This document shows positions 17,765-27,490 of a DNA stretch of 64,000 nt, piece after piece. A program made the position numbers and the translations under genes. This stretch comes from a virus: the IMG/VR virus record IMGVR_UViG_3300025645_000047, positions 1-64,000 of that record. One strand, written 5' to 3'. Below the pieces are notes generated by a model. It searched no databases and had not been told where the DNA came from. It was given only the letters and a program-made list of their open reading frames with translations. The first letter of the stretch is position 1. Every line of letters starts with the position of its first letter.

Positions 17765-19636
17765 ATGGCTGTAACAATAGACTGGGCTACTAGAATAATA
17801 AGTGTGTCTAAAGACTTTACTGACTTAGTTCAAACAACACCTCAAGAAATAAGGCAATTAAGTTTGAACACTTTTAGATTGGCTTTAAAAGACTTGGAGG
17901 ATGATGCTGAGGGTATGACTTTTTTAGATACTCATACGCACAACACTGAAGTTTTACTAGGAGGTATTGTGTATGCAAGAGTAGTTGAGATAATAAATGA
18001 TTACACTATTACATTTGAAGATGGACAATATGCTGTCAATTTATTTGGAGCAAACAGTAATGTTGGTGATAAAGTAAATGTAAATCAAGTATCTGTAAGA
18101 ACAGCAAATTCAGCAGGACTGATATCTAACCAAGCAATTGAATATTCTTCTTTTGGTAATGCTGTTCATATAAATGAAAACAGTGGAGTAACAGGAACTG
18201 AATTTCCAAAAGGAACACCTCAATCTCCTGTAAACAACATGGCCGATGCTAAACTGATTGCAGACCTTAGAGGATTTAATACTATTAGAGTTAGTGGTAA
18301 CTTTACGTTTGGATTAGGAGATGACTTAGAGAACTTTTTAATCTTTGGCCAGAATCCAAATAAAAGTTTATTGACATTTCAATCAGGTGCATTAACTCAA
18401 GATGTAGATTTACATAACGCAACAGTACAAGGAGACTTTGATAACCAAGCAACTTTTGTAGACTGCAGATTATTAGATATAAATTTTGTACAAGGATTTG
18501 CAGACAGGTGTGTACTGGCAGGAACATTTGTTTTATCTGGATCTGGTGAAACTGGTTTCTACGATTGTTTTGATGGATATGCTCAAGAATCAATTTTACC
18601 AATAATAGATTGTGGAGGATCAGGAAGAAATGTTTCAATAAGAAATTACCAAGGAGATTTAAAGCTTGTAAATAAAACAGGACCAGAATTTGTAGAAATT
18701 AATGGTAATTCTGGAGGAACTATTATTTTAGATAGTACTATTTCAAATGGAACAGTAAGGCTTACTGGTCTCTTAAAAGTAGATGACAGCTCAGTAGCTC
18801 CAGCAATAATTGATATATCAGAAGTTAGTTTTCCAGATTTAGCACAGTACTCAGCATTTGAAGAAAATAGTGTTTGGTTAGACGAAAGTTCTGGCTTCTC
18901 AGGAACAAAGTTTCCAACAGGAACTGCTAGACAGCCTGTTAACAATGATGCAGATGCTCAAGTAATAGCAGAAGATTTTGCTCATTTTAATATACACATA
19001 GACGCTGCAGCTACAATAAATGCAAATCATTCAAACATAACATTTATAGGTAGGTCTGCTAGAAATACTCAATTAACTATAGCTGGGACTTCATCTTTAT
19101 CTGGTTGTGAGTTCAAGACAATGCTATTAACGGGTGACTTAAATGGAAATGGATCTGCATATTATACAACGGTAGCAATGAAAAATTTAATCGGTGTTTA
19201 TGGACACGCTGAAGGTTGTGTGTTTAGAGAAGGTACTATTACTTTGGCACCTAACGCTATATTAATGGCTAACAGATGTGCCTCTGTAGCTGCACAAGAT
19301 CCTGGAGGAGATGTACCTATAATAGACTGCAATGGATCTGGAAGAATAGCAATGAGAGAATTTAGCGGAGAAGTTATCATAAAAAATAAAACATCTGGAG
19401 CCAATTGTTCTTTAGGATTGTCTGGAGCTGAAGTAACTTTAGACTCAACAATTACATCTGGAACTTGGAGAGTGTTTGGAGTAGGAACGCTAACAGACAA
19501 CAGCATAGGATCAGCAGTAGTTGATAGCAGTGGTTTAGTTTCTAAAGAATGGACTCAAACAGAAATAGATGAATCATTAGCTTACAGTAAAAAAGCAAGT
19601 GATAATGCGGAGCAAGTTAATTTAAAAATAACTTAA
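17765..19636 (+). CDS. Tailspike-like beta-helix protein with internal duplication
   Basis: Two copies of YSxF.N.V...E.SG..GT.FP.GT...PVNN..DA..IA and PIIDC.GSGR. Confidence 0.6.
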   Translation: MAVTIDWATRIISVSKDFTDLVQTTPQEIRQLSLNTFRLALKDLEDDAEGMTFLDTHTHNTEVLLGGIVYARVVEIINDYTITFEDGQYAVNLFGANSNVGDKVNVNQVSVRTANSAGLISNQAIEYSSFGNAVHINENSGVTGTEFPKGTPQSPVNNMADAKLIADLRGFNTIRVSGNFTFGLGDDLENFLIFGQNPNKSLLTFQSGALTQDVDLHNATVQGDFDNQATFVDCRLLDINFVQGFADRCVLAGTFVLSGSGETGFYDCFDGYAQESILPIIDCGGSGRNVSIRNYQGDLKLVNKTGPEFVEINGNSGGTIILDSTISNGTVRLTGLLKVDDSSVAPAIIDISEVSFPDLAQYSAFEENSVWLDESSGFSGTKFPTGTARQPVNNDADAQVIAEDFAHFNIHIDAAATINANHSNITFIGRSARNTQLTIAGTSSLSGCEFKTMLLTGDLNGNGSAYYTTVAMKNLIGVYGHAEGCVFREGTITLAPNAILMANRCASVAAQDPGGDVPIIDCNGSGRIAMREFSGEVIIKNKTSGANCSLGLSGAEVTLDSTITSGTWRVFGVGTLTDNSIGSAVVDSSGLVSKEWTQTEIDESLAYSKKASDNAEQVNLKIT

Positions 19637-19643
19637 TACATAC

Positions 19644-19692
19644 TTTAGCTATAATATAGAAGTTCCCTTTTTGAAAAAAAAGGGTATTTTTG
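19644..19692 (+). promoter_or_regulatory. Class B bipartite promoter, copy 3
   Basis: AGCTATAA at 19647, TATTTTTG at 19685 (offset 38); the spacer holds a CCCTTTTT/AAAAAGGG hairpin. Confidence 0.72.
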
Positions 19693-19711
19693 TTTATACG
19701 ACAATTTCACA

Positions 19712-20452
19712 ATGGGCCTAATAACACTAGACATATCAGCTAAACTTAATCAGCGACCAAACTCTTCTGGGTGGGTATCTATTAATATAGACAATGGGGC
19801 TATACATACATTCACTCTTGCAAATTTTACTACAGAAACAAATCCTGCGTACGGTGACCCTGAAGGAGATCCATTAGAATCAATAAATATTCTTAGCCTA
19901 CCTTCACAAGGAGTTTTAAAACTTTCTGCAGTTGCAGTAACTGTGCCTCAGATAGTAACGTCAGCAGAATTAGTAGCTGGTGATTTAACCTATGAGTCAG
20001 ATGTTTTAGATACTGATGGATACACTGACAGTTATATGTACTTTGTAGTTTCTGATACTGGATCTAGTTTGTTTACACTTAAGTCAAACCCTGTTTCACT
20101 TAGAGTAGCAACATCTATAAACCTTGCACCAAATCAAGTTGGAAATACAGAAATAACAATTCCTCATGGATCAACAACAGTTATAACTACAGCAATGCTT
20201 ACTACGGGGTTAAACCCACCATACGAGGATCCAGAAGGAGATGCAGCGTCTATGTTATTAATTGAGAGTTTGCCTATATACGGTGTTCTTCTTCTTAATG
20301 GTATTAGAGTTTATGTTGATCAAGAGATATCATTTACTGATATAACTTCAGGATTATTTACTTATGTAAATAGCAACTTAGAAGAAAAAGGAATAAAAGA
20401 AGAATTTAATTTTAAAATCTCTGACGCTGGTTCAGGGGAATACAGAGGATAA
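19712..20452 (+). CDS. Tandem cadherin/Ig-like repeat protein
   Basis: Two repeats of FT...P.Y.DPEGD....I.SLP..G.L...F.VSD.GS; paralog of 34706..35446. Confidence 0.7.
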   Translation: MGLITLDISAKLNQRPNSSGWVSINIDNGAIHTFTLANFTTETNPAYGDPEGDPLESINILSLPSQGVLKLSAVAVTVPQIVTSAELVAGDLTYESDVLDTDGYTDSYMYFVVSDTGSSLFTLKSNPVSLRVATSINLAPNQVGNTEITIPHGSTTVITTAMLTTGLNPPYEDPEGDAASMLLIESLPIYGVLLLNGIRVYVDQEISFTDITSGLFTYVNSNLEEKGIKEEFNFKISDAGSGEYRG

Positions 20453-21171
20453 TGGCAAATTTTATATTTAATATAGAAGAATCATCGTTTAAAGTAAAAC
20501 AACTAGCTAGTGTAGTTACTGAGTGTGCAACAATATTTTCATTTCAACTTACTGCAACTGTAGGAAACAGTGTAAGAATAAGTTTAGACAATGCAGTTCA
20601 GACTACCCTAAATTATGACAATGCATTTTTTACTATACTAGGAGTAGACACGCCTTGGGATGGTGCTGATAAAGTATTTACGTATAGTACTCCTATATCC
20701 TTCTCCTACTCAATTTCCAATTCAGGAACTCCTGGGTTGTTTAAAAAAGTAAAAGCTGAAGCATGGGATGATACTACTGTTGATCCTTTTAACTATTGGA
20801 ATCAAATTACAGAAAGATCCAACGATAATTTACCCTGTGACAATCCAACTGGAGTAGGTGCTACTTATGATGAATTAATAGACACTCCAACAAACAAAAC
20901 TGGAAGTGCACTAAAACTAGTTAGAGTTAATGCCGCTGAAGATGCACATGAATATGTAGATGCAGGATTACTTGGTGTTGACCTCAATTACACGCACGTG
21001 CAAGCAAGTAGTGCTTCTTGGGTAATAGCACATAACTTAGGAAAGATACCTTCTGTAACAGTACAGGATGGGGCAGGCAATAGAGTTCATGGAGATGTAG
21101 CCTACACAGATTTAAACAATTTAACAATAACATTTAACATAGCATTTGCTGGAACGGCTTATCTTAATTAA
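20452..21171 (+). CDS. Fibre-associated protein
   Basis: C-terminal YTH.Q..S.W.I.HNLG..PSVTV...AYLN domain shared with 21357..21761. Confidence 0.65.
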   Translation: MANFIFNIEESSFKVKQLASVVTECATIFSFQLTATVGNSVRISLDNAVQTTLNYDNAFFTILGVDTPWDGADKVFTYSTPISFSYSISNSGTPGLFKKVKAEAWDDTTVDPFNYWNQITERSNDNLPCDNPTGVGATYDELIDTPTNKTGSALKLVRVNAAEDAHEYVDAGLLGVDLNYTHVQASSASWVIAHNLGKIPSVTVQDGAGNRVHGDVAYTDLNNLTITFNIAFAGTAYLN

Positions 21172-21356
21172 TGGAGAAACTAGGAACAGATCTTGACCTT
21201 AATGGCAACCATATAAAACAGCTAAAGGTTGAACCTTTGTTGGCACTACCAACAGGATTGGGTGCGAGTGATGCAGGTACAATAGTATTTATATCTCCTG
21301 TAGTTGCTTTTTATGGATGGGACGGAACGATGTGGACTAAACTAACAAATGAATAG
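21171..21356 (+). CDS. Small fibre adaptor-like protein
   Basis: N-terminus DLDLNGNHIK similar to the 21782 N-terminus [10 protein letters not shown]; YGWDGTMW end. Confidence 0.6.
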   Translation: MEKLGTDLDLNGNHIKQLKVEPLLALPTGLGASDAGTIVFISPVVAFYGWDGTMWTKLTNE

Positions 21357-21761
21357 ATGAGCGAAATATTTAACAAAGACGTAAGTATATTAGGAGATAC
21401 TACTACTTCAGGAAAGCTTGGAGTTGGTGTTCCTAACCCTGTTGAAAAGGTAGAAGTAGATGGTAAAGTAAAGTCTGATGCTTTTATAACAGGCGGAGGT
21501 ACTAGTACTGATTTTGTGAAAGGTGATGGAACACTGGATACAAATACTTATCTAGTACAAGCAGATGTAGATACTTACATACATGATCAAGGCTTACCAA
21601 ATTCAGTCTGGACAATAACACATAATCTTGACAACTATCCAAGCGTTACGGTTGTGGATACAGCTAACACGGTAGTAATAGGTCAAGTAGATTACGTATC
21701 ATTAAATTCTATAACAATAACATTTAGTAGTGGCTTTTCTGGTAAAGCCTACTTAAATTAA
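21357..21761 (+). CDS. Fibre-associated protein
   Basis: GKLGVGVPNP shaft motif; FITGGGTSTDFVKGDG shared with 25160; HNL...AYLN C-terminal domain. Confidence 0.65.
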   Translation: MSEIFNKDVSILGDTTTSGKLGVGVPNPVEKVEVDGKVKSDAFITGGGTSTDFVKGDGTLDTNTYLVQADVDTYIHDQGLPNSVWTITHNLDNYPSVTVVDTANTVVIGQVDYVSLNSITITFSSGFSGKAYLN

Positions 21762-21781
21762 TAATAAATAAATAATAAAAA

Positions 21782-24121
21782 ATGGCAGATATTAAATTTT
21801 TAGTAGATTTAGATTTATCAAAAAATCAACTACTTAATGCAGTAGTTCAAAACTTAGCTACGGCCCCTTCAACACCTGCAGATGGTCAGATATACTGGGA
21901 TACAGATGACAATACGCTTTATGTGTATAATGCAGATGGTCCAGCTTGGATTGATTTAGGAGAAAGCGGTATTACAAATCTTGGCTACACAGCAGGAGTA
22001 TCTAATGGAACTGTAACATCAAGTTCAGGAACTAACGCAACTATTCCTTTAGCAGATGGTACTAATGCAGGTCTTCTTACTGCAGCTGAAAAAACTGTCA
22101 TAGGAAACACAACAAACATAAACAGCGGAGATAACGCAACTAACTCACAGTATAGTGGATTAGTTTCTAACGTAAGCACAAACTTATCTGAAGGTACAAC
22201 CACCTTAACAACTGTTGATGTAAATTCTTCAGACGGAACAAACGCAACTTTGGCATCAGCATCTACTTCAAGAGCAGGTGTAATGAGCAAAGCTAAATTT
22301 GACGAAGTAGTAGCCAACAACGCTAAAGTTTCTGACATTAATCACAATGTAACTACAAACCTTAGTGAAGGTACAACTACAACTACTACTGTAGTAGTAG
22401 AGTCTTCAGATGGTACTGACGCTACATTAGCACAAGCATCTTCAAGTAGAGCTGGTTTATTAAGCTCAGCAAAGTTTGACGAAATAGTTGCCAACTCATT
22501 AAAAGTAAGTGACATTCCTGATAACGTCACTACTAACTTATCTGTTACCACAACTTCAACAACAAATACTGTTGTATCTAGTGATGGTACAAATGCAACT
22601 CTTCCAGCAGCAACTACTACAGTAGCCGGTGTAATGACAGGTGCAGACAAGTTAAAGCTAAATCTCATTGAACCTTTAGCAGATGTAACGGATGCAACAA
22701 ATGTAAATGCAGCAGGAGCTGTAATGAATTCAGATTCAACAACCGCATCAATGAGCTTTGTAATTGACGAAGATGCTATGACATCTGACTCAGCAACTAA
22801 AGTTCCAACACAACAAAGTGTTAAGGCTTATGTAGACACTGAGGTTGGAGCAGTAGTTCCTAACTCACCTACAGCATTAAGTACAGGTACCGTTACCAAC
22901 ACAACTTACGGTATTACTTCTGACGGATCTGCCAATGATGTTATAATAGCAGCAGCAACTATATCTGCATCTGGTGTAATGACTGGAACTGACAAAACTA
23001 AGCTTAATACAATAGAGACAGGAGCAAACGTTACTGACGCTACCAATGTTAATGCTGCCGGAGCAGTTATGAATAGTGATACTAGTACAGCGGCTATGTC
23101 ATTTGTTATTGATGAAGATGCCATGGGAAGTAACTCTTCTACTAAGGTTCCTACTCAACAATCTGTTAAAGCTTATGTAGATGCAAACTTAGCAGCTAAT
23201 GATGCAATGATATTTAAAGGTACAATCGGTACAGGTGGTACTTTAACACTAGCAGCATTTAATGCTCTAGTTGTTTATGATGCAGGTTGGTCTTACAAAG
23301 TTATTACAGCAGGAACTTACAAAGGAGTTGTTTCTGAGATTGGAGATATGTTTATAGCTACAGTTGATAGAGCTTCTGGTGGAATTAATGCAGACTGGAC
23401 AGTAGTTCAAGCTAATCTTGACGGAGCAGTAATTGGGCCAGCTTCAGCAGGGTCTGGAAATGTGGCTACATTTGACGGAACATCTGGAAAATTAATACAA
23501 GATTCAGGATTAACATTAACAGGATCAAATACAGGTGATGAGCCTAATGCTAGTACTACTGAAAGAGGTATTATTGAAATAGCAACAATTGCTGAGACTA
23601 ATACAGGAACAGATGCTACTAGAGCAGTTTCTCCTGATGGATTAGATGGATGGACAGGTTCTGCACAAGTAACCACAGTTGGAACAATAGCTGCTGGAAC
23701 TTGGCAAGGTACTGCTATAAACCAAACTTACTTAGTTGGTCAAAGTGGAACTAACACTGGTGATGAGCCACCAGCTTCAACAACTGTAGCTGGTATTTCT
23801 GAACTAGCTACAAACACAGAAGCTAATACAGGTACTGCTACTAACAGAGTTCTTACTCCAGCAAACCTTAGGAGTGTTCTTGGAACAACAGGAACTCTTT
23901 CTACTGTATTAAAATATACTGAGTTAATTGGAGATGCAGCAGCTACCACAATAGTAGTTACCCACTCAATAGGACAAAAGCATGTTCAATCAACAGTGCT
24001 TGTTGAATCTACAGGAGATGTAGTAATTTGCGAAGTAGAAAATACAAGTACAACTACAACAACTTTTAAATTCAATGTTGCTCCAACATTAAATCAGTAC
24101 AGAGTAATTATAGTAGGATAA
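21782..24121 (+). CDS. Long tail fibre with internal repeats
   Basis: T/A/S-rich; repeated SSDGT.ATL..A....[16 protein letters not shown] x2, AST...GI.E.AT..E.NTGT x2. Confidence 0.8.
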   Translation: MADIKFLVDLDLSKNQLLNAVVQNLATAPSTPADGQIYWDTDDNTLYVYNADGPAWIDLGESGITNLGYTAGVSNGTVTSSSGTNATIPLADGTNAGLLTAAEKTVIGNTTNINSGDNATNSQYSGLVSNVSTNLSEGTTTLTTVDVNSSDGTNATLASASTSRAGVMSKAKFDEVVANNAKVSDINHNVTTNLSEGTTTTTTVVVESSDGTDATLAQASSSRAGLLSSAKFDEIVANSLKVSDIPDNVTTNLSVTTTSTTNTVVSSDGTNATLPAATTTVAGVMTGADKLKLNLIEPLADVTDATNVNAAGAVMNSDSTTASMSFVIDEDAMTSDSATKVPTQQSVKAYVDTEVGAVVPNSPTALSTGTVTNTTYGITSDGSANDVIIAAATISASGVMTGTDKTKLNTIETGANVTDATNVNAAGAVMNSDTSTAAMSFVIDEDAMGSNSSTKVPTQQSVKAYVDANLAANDAMIFKGTIGTGGTLTLAAFNALVVYDAGWSYKVITAGTYKGVVSEIGDMFIATVDRASGGINADWTVVQANLDGAVIGPASAGSGNVATFDGTSGKLIQDSGLTLTGSNTGDEPNASTTERGIIEIATIAETNTGTDATRAVSPDGLDGWTGSAQVTTVGTIAAGTWQGTAINQTYLVGQSGTNTGDEPPASTTVAGISELATNTEANTGTATNRVLTPANLRSVLGTTGTLSTVLKYTELIGDAAATTIVVTHSIGQKHVQSTVLVESTGDVVICEVENTSTTTTTFKFNVAPTLNQYRVIIVG

Positions 24122-24124
24122 TAT

Positions 24125-25150
24125 ATGGCCATACAGAAAATCTTAACAGACTTGGAAGTTTCAGGTGCCGTGACAATTGACTCAGATACAGATACAATCT
24201 TGAAGCTGAACTCAACAGACAACGGTGCACTCTATGTAAATTACGCTAGAAGTGACGACAGGCATGCCTATGTTGGATTTGGTGGGGCTAGTGATAACTT
24301 TACTATAATGAGTGAAGAGGTTGGCGGTCAGTTAATACTAGGAACTGCGGCAACTACAAGAATGACTATTGATGAGACTGGAAATGTAGGTGTAGGTACA
24401 GATCCTCAATCTAAATTTCACGTCAGATCTTCAAGTTCAGGAGCTTCAACTCATGCAGGAACTTTAATTGTAGAGGCAGGTTCAGCTCCTTCTATACAGA
24501 TTCTTTCAGCAAATACACAAACACAAAGTATTAAGTTTGGAGATGCCGAAGATGGAGATGTGGGAAGAATTACATATAGTCATGCTACTAATGAAATGAC
24601 ACTAGTTACTGCAGCAGCAACTAGAATGACTATTGATAGTGTTGGCCATGTAGGTATAAATGAAACAAATCCTTCTGAAGAATTACACGTAACAGGTAGA
24701 GCTATAATAACTGATAGGTTAGGAATTGGTGGAGACTTTGTTCCACAAAAAGCTCTTCACTTAAAAAATGCTGCTCCTATATTTAGGATGGAAGATACTG
24801 ATACAGCAAGTTATGCTGAGTTTGTAAAAACTTCAAGTAGATTTACAATTAGATTAGATCCAACTGATACAGAGACAGCAAGCGAGATAACACTTGAATT
24901 AGATGGAACTGAAAGGTTTGTGGTAAAACCTGATGGTGTAGGAGTAGGAGTGACAAATCCAAAATCAGCACTAGATGTTAATGGAGGAGTTAAAGTAGCT
25001 AATGACCCGGCTACTACTGCTTTAGATACAAAAGTAGGAACTATAAGATATAGAGTTCTTAATAGCATTTCGTATATGGAAATGTGTATGCAAACAGATG
25101 GAAGTACGTATGAGTGGGTTATCATTGTTAAAAATGATTGGACTTTATAA
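24125..25150 (+). CDS. Tail fibre protein
   Basis: RMTID..GNVGVG.P / HVGINETNP / GVGVTNP..ALDV.G repeats typical of Bacteroidota and phage fibre shafts. Confidence 0.75.
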   Translation: MAIQKILTDLEVSGAVTIDSDTDTILKLNSTDNGALYVNYARSDDRHAYVGFGGASDNFTIMSEEVGGQLILGTAATTRMTIDETGNVGVGTDPQSKFHVRSSSSGASTHAGTLIVEAGSAPSIQILSANTQTQSIKFGDAEDGDVGRITYSHATNEMTLVTAAATRMTIDSVGHVGINETNPSEELHVTGRAIITDRLGIGGDFVPQKALHLKNAAPIFRMEDTDTASYAEFVKTSSRFTIRLDPTDTETASEITLELDGTERFVVKPDGVGVGVTNPKSALDVNGGVKVANDPATTALDTKVGTIRYRVLNSISYMEMCMQTDGSTYEWVIIVKNDWTL

Positions 25151-25159
25151 AATAAAGCT

Positions 25160-25672
25160 ATGGGAGCAAAAATATTTAATGCAGATAAATTTATTGTAGA
25201 TGGAGGAACATCTGGTCAGTTTTTAAAAGCTGATGGATCAACACAAGCAATAACACCATTAACTACTGCGGAAGAAATACAAGACATAGTTGGTGCTATG
25301 GTTAATGGAAATGTAGAAACTAACATCTCTGTAACATACAGTGATGGAGATGGTAAGTTAAATTTTGTAGGTAATCCTACAGATACATTTTTAGAAGCTG
25401 TTGGGACACCAGTTGCAAAACAATTGGGAATTTGGAGTACTGCAGGTACATTAGAAGGAGACTCAGATCTTACATATAATTCAACAACAACAACACTTAC
25501 TGTATCAGGAGAAATATCAACTTCACAATATAACTTAACAGCAATGCAAATAGTTCCTCTTGCTAGAAATGCAACAGGAGTTTTAGGGGAGATAAGAATA
25601 AATGCAACAGGTATATATGTATGCAGTGCTACAAATTCCTGGAGCAAAGTAACCTTGGCAACTTCTTGGTAG
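25160..25672 (+). CDS. Short fibre protein
   Basis: EEIQDIVGAMV..N.ET.ISVTY.D motif; C-terminal GEIR....IYVC.ATNSW. Confidence 0.7.
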   Translation: MGAKIFNADKFIVDGGTSGQFLKADGSTQAITPLTTAEEIQDIVGAMVNGNVETNISVTYSDGDGKLNFVGNPTDTFLEAVGTPVAKQLGIWSTAGTLEGDSDLTYNSTTTTLTVSGEISTSQYNLTAMQIVPLARNATGVLGEIRINATGIYVCSATNSWSKVTLATSW

Positions 25673-25698
25673 TTTTTTCCTACTTTTCCAAAATCTAT

Positions 25699-25747
25699 TT
25701 TAGCTATAATAAATAAATAAAAACTAATCCATTCTTACATATATTTG
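25699..25747 (+). promoter_or_regulatory. Class B bipartite promoter, copy 4 (lysis cassette)
   Basis: AGCTATAA at 25702, TATATTTG at 25740 (offset 38). Confidence 0.75.
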
Positions 25748-25770
25748 TATAGACGTACACACTTAATATC

Positions 25771-26286
25771 ATGAAATCAACAATGCTTTTTTTTAAAGAA
25801 ATGACAGTAGGCAAAAGTCTTCTGCTGTCTTTGAGTCCCGTCCTAATAATGATATTAAGCATGAAAACAATTTTATTCGCATTATTTATAATTATAATAA
25901 TTGACCTTTTAACTGGAATAAGAAAATCACATTATACAGAAGGTGTTTTATTTCAACCATTTAAAAAAGAATTCTGGAAAGTAATAAAGTCAAAAGAACT
26001 TCGCAGGACTTGGACTAAAGCAGTTGAATATATAACAGGAATTATAGCTTTCACAATCTTAGATACAATGGTTCTAGGAAGCTCTAGTATACAGATGCTA
26101 GGAAATGATTACTCAATAGCAGAACTAGCAGTAACAGTTGCCTGCTTAGTTGAAGTGTACAGCATTTATGAAAACATGGAAGCTGTTAGTGGAAACAATT
26201 TATTTAAAAAGATTCTTGGATTCTTACCAAGAGCATTTAAGTCTGCATTCGCACCTAGGAGAAGAAGGGGACAAGATGAAAAATAG
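25771..26286 (+). CDS. Holin (phage holin 4-like)
   Basis: TM segments; IIDLLTGIRKS, S..LRRT..K..EY, EVYSIYEN motifs; basic C-terminus. Confidence 0.8.
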   Translation: MKSTMLFFKEMTVGKSLLLSLSPVLIMILSMKTILFALFIIIIIDLLTGIRKSHYTEGVLFQPFKKEFWKVIKSKELRRTWTKAVEYITGIIAFTILDTMVLGSSSIQMLGNDYSIAELAVTVACLVEVYSIYENMEAVSGNNLFKKILGFLPRAFKSAFAPRRRRGQDEK

Positions 26287-26710
26287 ACTAGAAATATCAA
26301 GATTCTCAGAAGATGAGTTTCAAACATTAGCTAAGTTCTTTGTGCTTGACGATTGTGAACTAGAAGTGCTTGAAGGATACATACTAGAGCTACCAGATAA
26401 AGACAATAAGACTAGCATATCAAGAATTCCACAAGGATCTTATACTTGTGTAAAAAGAAATTCCCCAAAGTATGGTGATCACTTTCACGTATTAGACGTT
26501 GAAGAAAGAAGCTACATACTTATACATCACGGAAATTATAACACTGATACAAGAGGATGTCTACTTCCAGGAAAAGATCTTATAGATATAAATGGAGATG
26601 GATTAAAAGACGTTACAAGTAGTAAAAAAACTATGGCAAAGCTTAATGAATTATTGCCAGATGAATTTGAACTATGTATCATAAATGAATTTAAAGATGA
26701 GTCAAAATAA
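26276..26710 (+). CDS. DUF5675-like (L,D-transpeptidase-fold) putative endolysin
   Basis: ILELP....SRIPQGSY...SPKYG...RSYILIHHGNYNTDTRGCLLPG; probable ATG at 26276. Confidence 0.8.
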   Translation: MKNRLEISRFSEDEFQTLAKFFVLDDCELEVLEGYILELPDKDNKTSISRIPQGSYTCVKRNSPKYGDHFHVLDVEERSYILIHHGNYNTDTRGCLLPGKDLIDINGDGLKDVTSSKKTMAKLNELLPDEFELCIINEFKDESK

Positions 26711-27194
26711 TGATAACCCAAAGTTAAAAAAAAATGGAGGCTCTGGCACTAATGTAGGTAATGCACTTAGATTCCTTGTTAAGCAAGGTAAAGAAGTAGC
26801 TCCTGAACTATTAGATCTTGCTGGAAGTCTTACGGGTATTAAACAATTAAACTCATTAGGAACGGCCATAAGAGGTGACAAGAGCCTTAGTGAACCAGAC
26901 AAAAGTATTCTTCTTCAAGAAATGGAGAATGATATGATTGAGATGGTTGAGGTTACCAAGCGTTTACAGATAGATAGTGAGCACGCTATTACTAGAATGA
27001 TTAGACCTGTAAGCTATGCAGCTATGTTTGTTTTATTTATGTCTGTAGTATTACTAGATGGTAACTTAGGAGCTTTTACAATAGATAAAGCATACGTACC
27101 TGTGATACAATCCTTATTTGGAACTATGACTATATTTTATTTTGGCTCAAGAGGTATTGAAAAAGTAATGAAGACTCTTAAGAAATCAGAATGA
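26697..27194 (+). CDS. Second holin-like membrane protein
   Basis: ITRMIRP followed by two TM helices, then FYFGSRGIEK; resembles GTA/3TM holin-like proteins. Confidence 0.65.
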   Translation: MSQNNDNPKLKKNGGSGTNVGNALRFLVKQGKEVAPELLDLAGSLTGIKQLNSLGTAIRGDKSLSEPDKSILLQEMENDMIEMVEVTKRLQIDSEHAITRMIRPVSYAAMFVLFMSVVLLDGNLGAFTIDKAYVPVIQSLFGTMTIFYFGSRGIEKVMKTLKKSE

Positions 27195-27400
27195 GTAGGT
27201 TAGAAACCTTTCTTAAAGACAATATAATATTTGTTGTCACTTTTGTTTTTTCTTGTGGAATAATGTATTCTGAAATTCAAAGCTTAAGAACTGTAGAAGA
27301 TAGATTAGGCAAAAAAATTAAAGTAATATCACAAATGTCTGGTCAAATAAATGAATTAGAAAATAGAATAATTGTTTTAGAGACTACCAAGTGTAATTAG
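27191..27400 (+). CDS. Membrane-anchored coiled-coil protein (spanin-like or lysis accessory)
   Basis: N-terminal TM, coiled coil, terminal Cys. Confidence 0.5.
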   Translation: MSRLETFLKDNIIFVVTFVFSCGIMYSEIQSLRTVEDRLGKKIKVISQMSGQINELENRIIVLETTKCN

Positions 27401-27412
27401 CTTATTAAATAT

Positions 27413-27461
27413 TTTAGCTATAACATATAATAGCGTTGACTTACATTATGTTATACTTTTG
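27413..27461 (+). promoter_or_regulatory. Class B bipartite promoter, copy 5 (scaffold/MCP)
   Basis: AGCTATAA at 27416, TACTTTTG at 27454 (offset 38). Confidence 0.75.
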
Positions 27462-27490
27462 TTGAAGGAGAATAATATAAAAATATTTCA

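Noticed and set aside
26150-26275. Longer upstream starts in the ORF track (26150, 37591, 38857, 2443, 4785)
   Set aside because: They create long overlaps with upstream genes; downstream ATGs (26276, 37642, 38887, 2482, 4803) have better context
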